From Candidatus Omnitrophota bacterium (GTDB taxonomy: Bacteria > Omnitrophota > Gorgyraeia > B26-G9 > JBDRCZ01): 64,000 bases of DNA. The stretch lies in the NCBI GenBank assembly GCA_043821285.1, contig JBDRCZ010000040.1, positions 582 through 64,581 of the forward strand. Reading direction: 5' to 3'. Position numbers and translations under genes: made by a program. Shown here one piece after another: positions 59,170 through 64,000 of the stretch. The notes beneath the pieces were generated by a model. The model was given only the letters and a program-made list of their open reading frames with translations. It ran no database searches and had not been told where the DNA came from. How positions within the stretch are numbered: position 1 is the first letter of the stretch; the number at the start of each line of letters is the position of its first letter.

Positions 59170-60556
59170 TCTCGATTAACCTTTTTTTTGCCTCGGCGAT
59201 TTTCTCAGCTAATGGGATCTTAGCGGGACAGACATAAGTACAGAGATTGCAGTCAATACAATCAAATATTCCATAACCCTTAAGCTCTTCGTTGACCGGT
59301 AAATTTGCCTGTCGATATAAAAATAGGGGCATGATTTTCACGGGGCATACCTCCAGACAATAGCCGCATTGTATGCAGGGTCTTTGTGCTGCGGTTAAAC
59401 TGGTTGTTGGTATTTTTTCTCCGCATGAAAAAAATGTTCTTGAATAAGAGTCTGTTTTTATTTGCGGACTAATCGCGGCAAAAAACTTTCTCTCTTTTTC
59501 TTCCGGGATAGCAATAAGCTGTGCCGCGGTATGGTCTATAGGCAAAGACCAGTCCGGTAACTCAACCCCGCCCAGTAAACTATTCAAAATAATCTTCACC
59601 CGCTCATTTTTCAATCTATTTTTCAGAATATCTTCTAACGCTGTCCCGATCCTTATCTTCAGGTGAAGATTTTCCTTAAATCCTGGTCCAGATAGAGCAA
59701 TTACGCGCTCAATTAACGGCCGGCCTTCTGCGGTGGCTTCATACACTGACCATACTGTCGGGATAGTTAAAACAACTATTCCCATGTTTGCGATCGAATA
59801 ACCCGCAGGACATTTTTTATTTAATACCGTGTGGATAAGCATCTTATCCCGCCCTTGTGGATATTTAGCAATAACCGGAATGATTTCAAATTCATCCAAT
59901 TGCCTGGTGATTTTTCTTATTTTTTCAATGATATCCTGCTTTTCCGAATTTAATACCAACTGCACCCTGGCGCGGGGCATAATTTTCTTAAGTATTTTTA
60001 TCCCTTCGACAAAATGAAAAAGATTCCCCCCGTCGATAAAAAGTTCTAATGAGCTATTATAAACATCAGAACCCGTGCCATGAATAATCAAATCTTCAAC
60101 ATCTGCCGGCATAATTAGGGAACTTTTGAAGCGGGTGGGTATACCTTGATCTAAGGCGGTAACTCCTGATTTATAAAGCAGTTCTTCGATTTTTTCTGCG
60201 GATAATTTATCCCATTGTGCTAAACATCCCTCAATCCTCTGAACACTTGCCCCCCCATCACCTTCGATAACAATCATGGTTACTTCTTGTTTAAAATAAC
60301 TCTTTACCTCAATCGCTGTGACTTTACCATTAATTGAGTAATGCACCGGGGAAGATACGGAAAAATCATTGCGGGCGATAATCTCGCCGGCAAACACCCG
60401 GTCATTTACTTTAACCTTCGGCTCAAGCAATGCGGCAAATCCCGGCGTTAAAGGGATGCTAACTTTCTTGGGAAGCGCTAATTCTACACATCTATTTTCC
60501 GGCTGTCCCTTAAAATTCCTAAATCGGTATCCACCGCTAAAACTTTTCCCGGGCAT
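59144..60556 (-). CDS. rnfC: Rnf complex subunit C-like protein with two C-terminal 4Fe-4S motifs.
   Basis: CIQCGYCLEVCP and CIDCNLCTYVCP. 470 aa. First gene of the cluster. Confidence 0.7.
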   Translation of the reverse strand: MPGKSFSGGYRFRNFKGQPENRCVELALPKKVSIPLTPGFAALLEPKVKVNDRVFAGEIIARNDFSVSSPVHYSINGKVTAIEVKSYFKQEVTMIVIEGDGGASVQRIEGCLAQWDKLSAEKIEELLYKSGVTALDQGIPTRFKSSLIMPADVEDLIIHGTGSDVYNSSLELFIDGGNLFHFVEGIKILKKIMPRARVQLVLNSEKQDIIEKIRKITRQLDEFEIIPVIAKYPQGRDKMLIHTVLNKKCPAGYSIANMGIVVLTIPTVWSVYEATAEGRPLIERVIALSGPGFKENLHLKIRIGTALEDILKNRLKNERVKIILNSLLGGVELPDWSLPIDHTAAQLIAIPEEKERKFFAAISPQIKTDSYSRTFFSCGEKIPTTSLTAAQRPCIQCGYCLEVCPVKIMPLFLYRQANLPVNEELKGYGIFDCIDCNLCTYVCPAKIPLAEKIAEAKKRLIENGIDKNPG

Positions 60557-60600
60557 AATTATATTAATTTTTTATGACAACTTTAATTTTCATCGAGCAA

Positions 60601-61704
60601 CTAAAACTTAACCACCAAATCAACCTGAATAACCTCCTCATCACTTTTACTGCCGGCTTCTGTTTCTGTGCAGTAATAATCAACGGTAAACACGACATTC
60701 TTTTGCAAGGCATAATCAAATATTAACTCATATCCTTTAGCATTCGTGCCGCCATTATTAAAATCCGCATCCGGGAAGATATCCAGCAATGCATCTCTTT
60801 CAACATCACTATACTGAAAAATAAACTTCCAGTCATCTTTTTCCTCCAGCACCTTTTTCCCAACCCAGGCACCAATTCTCCCCGCCTCTTTTTTGACCGA
60901 GGCTTCAGTATTATATATATAGTCCGTGATAATTCCCATGGGGACTTCTCCGCCCAATGTTTTGCCAAAATCTATAACTAGCGTTGGGTTAATTAGCTGA
61001 AAGTTTTTAGGATACACTCCGCCACTTAGCGTATTTGTACCTTTCCCCTCCACCGGTATATAGCCTTTAATTCTATTAAACCCATAATAGGTAATACCGG
61101 CATCCATGTTTATCCCTTCATCAGTTTTTGTTTTTGTCTGCAGTTGTACCGCCCCAAGCCAGGGATCATTACGCTCGGCATCGTCTATTGCAAACATGCC
61201 AAAAACCAAAACATATTCCCCATAATCCTTCGATTCCCCAGAAACAATATTCATCACCGCCCCGTCAAAAGTCACATCTGTATCCCAGACCATATCGGTA
61301 CAAAAAAATGGATTTTTAAATTTTCCCCCTTTTATGTTCATGGACTCATTCGGGGTATAATCCACATAAGCTAAATCCAGCCATAAATCTTTCTTCCGAA
61401 ATTCTCTCGCTAGTGTCTGGTTCGTCGATGTTGGCGAGGCATCACTTCCGGAGGCTATTCTTGCCCCAACCTTAAACTGGTCATTTACCTTTGTTTCAAA
61501 TCCATACCTGAATCTAAGCCTTTGACGGTTCGTATCCATACCAGGGTCATTTGTTTCATGCTCATACCTCAGACGTATATCACCCTGCCATATTATATTA
61601 TTCATCCATGGAGCCGTGTTTCTAATTACCGCAGCATAACCCACCGGCATAATTCCCACGAGAAAAAATACACCAAGCAATATCACTACAAATAAATTTT
61701 TCAT
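60601..61704 (-). CDS. Outer-membrane beta-barrel (porin-like) protein.
   Basis: Signal peptide. Alternating amphipathic strands. C-terminal Phe (VVKF). Confidence 0.5.
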   Translation of the reverse strand: MKNLFVVILLGVFFLVGIMPVGYAAVIRNTAPWMNNIIWQGDIRLRYEHETNDPGMDTNRQRLRFRYGFETKVNDQFKVGARIASGSDASPTSTNQTLAREFRKKDLWLDLAYVDYTPNESMNIKGGKFKNPFFCTDMVWDTDVTFDGAVMNIVSGESKDYGEYVLVFGMFAIDDAERNDPWLGAVQLQTKTKTDEGINMDAGITYYGFNRIKGYIPVEGKGTNTLSGGVYPKNFQLINPTLVIDFGKTLGGEVPMGIITDYIYNTEASVKKEAGRIGAWVGKKVLEEKDDWKFIFQYSDVERDALLDIFPDADFNNGGTNAKGYELIFDYALQKNVVFTVDYYCTETEAGSKSDEEVIQVDLVVKF

Positions 61705-61899
61705 AACATCTCCTTTTCATATTAATACCAAATTTTGGGTTAATACCCCACCAGCTTCACCAGTAATATATTGGCGGATCTGCGATTTTTTAGCGGGGAA
61801 TAAATTTCCCTGCCTGTTGGGTTAACTACAATCAGGGCACCTGACAGACACTAAGCAAGGTGGGATTATTATCGCTTCCATAAAATAATTATACCACAT

Positions 61900-63039
61900 T
61901 TATCTGATTTTATTTAATATCTTTTTTAATCCGGAAGAATAGATTATTTTGTCAGAAGTATCTACAAACATAACTTCCATCCGCGGTATTTTCGCAACAA
62001 TCTCCATCCCTTTTTTTGGTCCAAGCACAAACAGCGCCGTTGCCCAGGCATCCGCAAGCATTGGGTCAGGATAAACAACCGTAATCCCGGCAAGTTCATC
62101 CGCGGGGCAGCCGGTCTTTGGATTTAATATATGATGATATCTTTTACCATCTTTCATAAAAAACCGCTCATAATCCCCTGAGCCCATAACCGCTAAATCT
62201 TCGATCTCCAGATATCCTAAAAGATTTTCCTGTCGCGGTGCCTGAATACCAATATGCCAAGACATTCTGCCTTTCTTACCCATGGCATACACATCTCCTC
62301 CCGCGTCTACCAATGCCGCACTTATCCCGCTTGCCTTTAAAACCTTTACCGCCTCAGAAACTGCATATCCTTTGGCAATACCTCCTAAGTCAATGGCAAT
62401 ATCCGGATTATCCTTTTCTAAAATCCCATTATTTATGCTCAAGTGCTCATAACCAACCTTTGTCAAAGTTTCCCTGATTTGCTGCTGCGATGGCAGGTGT
62501 GGTTCATTTTCATTAAACCCCCACAGGTCAATCAAAGGAGCAACGGTTATGTCAAATAACGCATTAGCATCTTTGGCTACCTGCAAAGCCGCGGCTACCA
62601 CGGTAACAATCTCTTTATCAGAAATCGCAACCCCCTGATGATTAAAGGCAAACAAAGGACTTTTCGGATTAAGCCGGTTAAATTTCACATCAATTTCCTG
62701 CATCCGGTCCAACGCCAGATTAATTGCCGGTAAAGTAATTTTACGCGCGCCCACCGCTGAAATGGTTACATAGGTATCCATCATAAAACGCGTCTGTTTT
62801 TCTACCTTTACCCCCCGCGGGTAAGCCCGTGGTCCCGTTATCTCTTGGAAAATTCTTTGCATTTTTTCAGCTAAATGCCGCAGAAAATTAGAAGGAGAGT
62901 CTGCTGTGGTTTTTACAATAACCAATGCAATAATTATAATAACCGTATATTTTGCTTTCCTTGATAAAAATTTTCCGATTAACACTTTTAACCCTATCAT
63001 GTTATATTTTTTAGTCTTTGCTTTGGCAGGGAAGAACAA
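61900..63039 (-). CDS. apbE: FAD:protein FMN transferase (ApbE family).
   Basis: ApbE-like central region around AIDLGGIAKGYA. Lies next to the Rnf operon, whose RnfG and RnfD need flavinylation. Confidence 0.8.
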   Translation of the reverse strand: MFFPAKAKTKKYNMIGLKVLIGKFLSRKAKYTVIIIIALVIVKTTADSPSNFLRHLAEKMQRIFQEITGPRAYPRGVKVEKQTRFMMDTYVTISAVGARKITLPAINLALDRMQEIDVKFNRLNPKSPLFAFNHQGVAISDKEIVTVVAAALQVAKDANALFDITVAPLIDLWGFNENEPHLPSQQQIRETLTKVGYEHLSINNGILEKDNPDIAIDLGGIAKGYAVSEAVKVLKASGISAALVDAGGDVYAMGKKGRMSWHIGIQAPRQENLLGYLEIEDLAVMGSGDYERFFMKDGKRYHHILNPKTGCPADELAGITVVYPDPMLADAWATALFVLGPKKGMEIVAKIPRMEVMFVDTSDKIIYSSGLKKILNKIR

Positions 63040-63074
63040 GATTTACCTATAGCATCAATTCCATGAGCTGCATT

Positions 63075-63956
63075 TTAGGCGAATTTTGAGGCATTATCAA
63101 CCATTTTATGACTTCTAAATTCTACCTCCAGGTACATGGCCGCAATAAATTCACTTAAAAGCGGTACGATATTGCACAGGTTCTTTATCTTTTTTAACTC
63201 CGAGCTGCGTAGAGCATGTCTGGCTATCTCCCAAAAACCCGGAATAGCTGTCCATGATAAATAAAGTACCGCGGCAATTCTTTTTTGGGAAATTTTTAAC
63301 ACTCGTAAGGGGGACAATATCCTCGTTAGTCCCTTAACCAATGCCTCTGGAGAAGTCGTCCTCACTAATACGGCACTTAAGCTTATTAAAAAAACAATCC
63401 GCAAGGCAAACAAAATACCCGTTGTTAGACCATCAGCTGTGATTTTAAAATCAGCCAAGCCAAAATCAGAATTAAAAAACAAAGGCAGCAAAAACGCCGC
63501 TAGAATCAGCGCGCTGGCAGGTTTGGTTTTTGCAAAAAGGAAATTGACCGAAGTTTGTGAAATAACCAGCACGCTGCTCAAAAATAAAAATAACCAGAAA
63601 TAAAGCCACAAATTACTAAAGATTAACACCAGCAAAGACAAACTAAAAATAAGCACAATCTTTATTTCTGCTGCAAGCCGGTGAACAAAAGAACTACCCG
63701 GTAAGTACGGCATGTCCCACCCGCTCGGGTTATGAAAAGAACACGAGCGTGGAAAAATGTGTTGTATTTTCCGTGGATGCATCTTCCCCGCCACTTGTGA
63801 AGGAAAAAATTCATGCTTGTTTAATATTTGGCAGACCCTGGCCGCAACAACCCCAGTCACCCCACCCATAAGCACCGCACCAATGCACAACCACGGCAAA
63901 AACACAAAAATCCCCGGATGTCTAATCAGCAAAAAAAATGCTAAACATATCTGCAC
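63075..63956 (-). CDS. Hypothetical polytopic membrane protein. Its start may lie beyond the ORF-track Met.
   Basis: ORF track. Several hydrophobic helices. No recognisable motif. Confidence 0.35.
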   Translation of the reverse strand: MQICLAFFLLIRHPGIFVFLPWLCIGAVLMGGVTGVVAARVCQILNKHEFFPSQVAGKMHPRKIQHIFPRSCSFHNPSGWDMPYLPGSSFVHRLAAEIKIVLIFSLSLLVLIFSNLWLYFWLFLFLSSVLVISQTSVNFLFAKTKPASALILAAFLLPLFFNSDFGLADFKITADGLTTGILFALRIVFLISLSAVLVRTTSPEALVKGLTRILSPLRVLKISQKRIAAVLYLSWTAIPGFWEIARHALRSSELKKIKNLCNIVPLLSEFIAAMYLEVEFRSHKMVDNASKFA

Positions 63957-64000
63957 AATATTATGAAAAAGCGCGCCAATTATACTGATACCAATAATAC

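Noticed and set aside
1-64000. CRISPR arrays or a diversity-generating retroelement acting on the variable giant genes
   Set aside because: There are no regularly spaced direct repeats with unique spacers. No reverse transcriptase, cas-like or Avd-like ORFs were seen. The variability between paralogs spans entire multi-kb interiors rather than a template-repeat/variable-repeat pair.

Overview
This 64-kb window comes from a low-GC bacterium. The lineage is uncertain. The gene content (an Rnf complex, an ApbE flavin transferase, a Wza/Wzc-type exopolysaccharide locus) and the clustering of giant genes resemble what has been reported for some uncultivated phyla, but I cannot confirm that without a database search.

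The dominant structure is an array of six paralogous giant membrane-protein genes. Five lie in tandem on the minus strand. One is partial and runs off the window start (1..4923); the others are 5110..13695, 14075..17098, 17342..21868 and 22425..27614. A sixth copy sits on the plus strand at 48956..51877. The products are 973 to 2861 aa, and the truncated one is longer than 1641 aa.

All six open with a near-identical leader of about 45 aa, M-(S/Y)-K-L-K-x-x-I-L-F-K-L-I-(S/A)-(I/V)-(V/I)-L-(I/V)-(Q/N)-(A/S)-F-F-C-L-D-I-(S/A/T)-(W/L/C)-(A/S)-A-G-G-(N/D). All complete copies end in a short C-terminal tail, (V/L)-E-(R/S/E)-A-I-COOH. The central regions are variable and very large. They carry a multipass transmembrane block and differing enzymatic modules: class I SAM-methyltransferase motifs, a PEP-synthase/pyruvate-phosphate-dikinase-like ATP-binding and phosphohistidine module, a GNAT-like motif, and an HExxH motif.

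The genes are separated by conserved non-coding modules of 186 to 556 bp. Each module contains a long imperfect hairpin built from inverted triplets of the heptamer TCAATAC(G/T), triplicated 9-bp CACNGAG repeats, short GC hairpins, and a GAGG ribosome-binding site. A sigma70-like promoter (TTGAAA-N16-TATACT) lies about 420 to 470 bp upstream of the two copies that sit at the array ends.

Between the two giant-gene blocks lies a mix of housekeeping and accessory genes: a degraded IS-like element, a SAM-methyltransferase, a DEAD-box helicase, tRNA-Ser(GCU), tadA, an HtpX-like protease, LemA, a nitroreductase and tRNA-Arg(ACG). Next comes a frameshifted IS200/RAYT-like transposase remnant bracketed by perfect 25-bp inverted repeats. 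An exopolysaccharide locus follows (GT4 glycosyltransferase, Wzx-like flippase, GT-C glycosyltransferase, O-antigen-ligase-like protein, Wzc-like tyrosine kinase, LysM-Wza-like exporter, ExeA-like ATPase). In that locus the wzc-like gene is bracketed by a perfect 76-bp inverted repeat.

Downstream of the plus-strand giant gene are a nucleotidyltransferase, a NuoG-N-like ferredoxin, and a membrane-anchored NuoE/NuoF-like fusion. An rnfCDGEA operon without an adjacent rnfB follows, then a porin-like outer-membrane protein, apbE, and a polytopic membrane protein.

Several dispersed small repeat families recur in intergenic DNA. These are TCAATAC heptamer arrays, MITE-like hairpins, and phased ATYYGTG direct repeats ending in GTGGTTAAA. 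All of this was read by eye from the sequence; no database search was possible.
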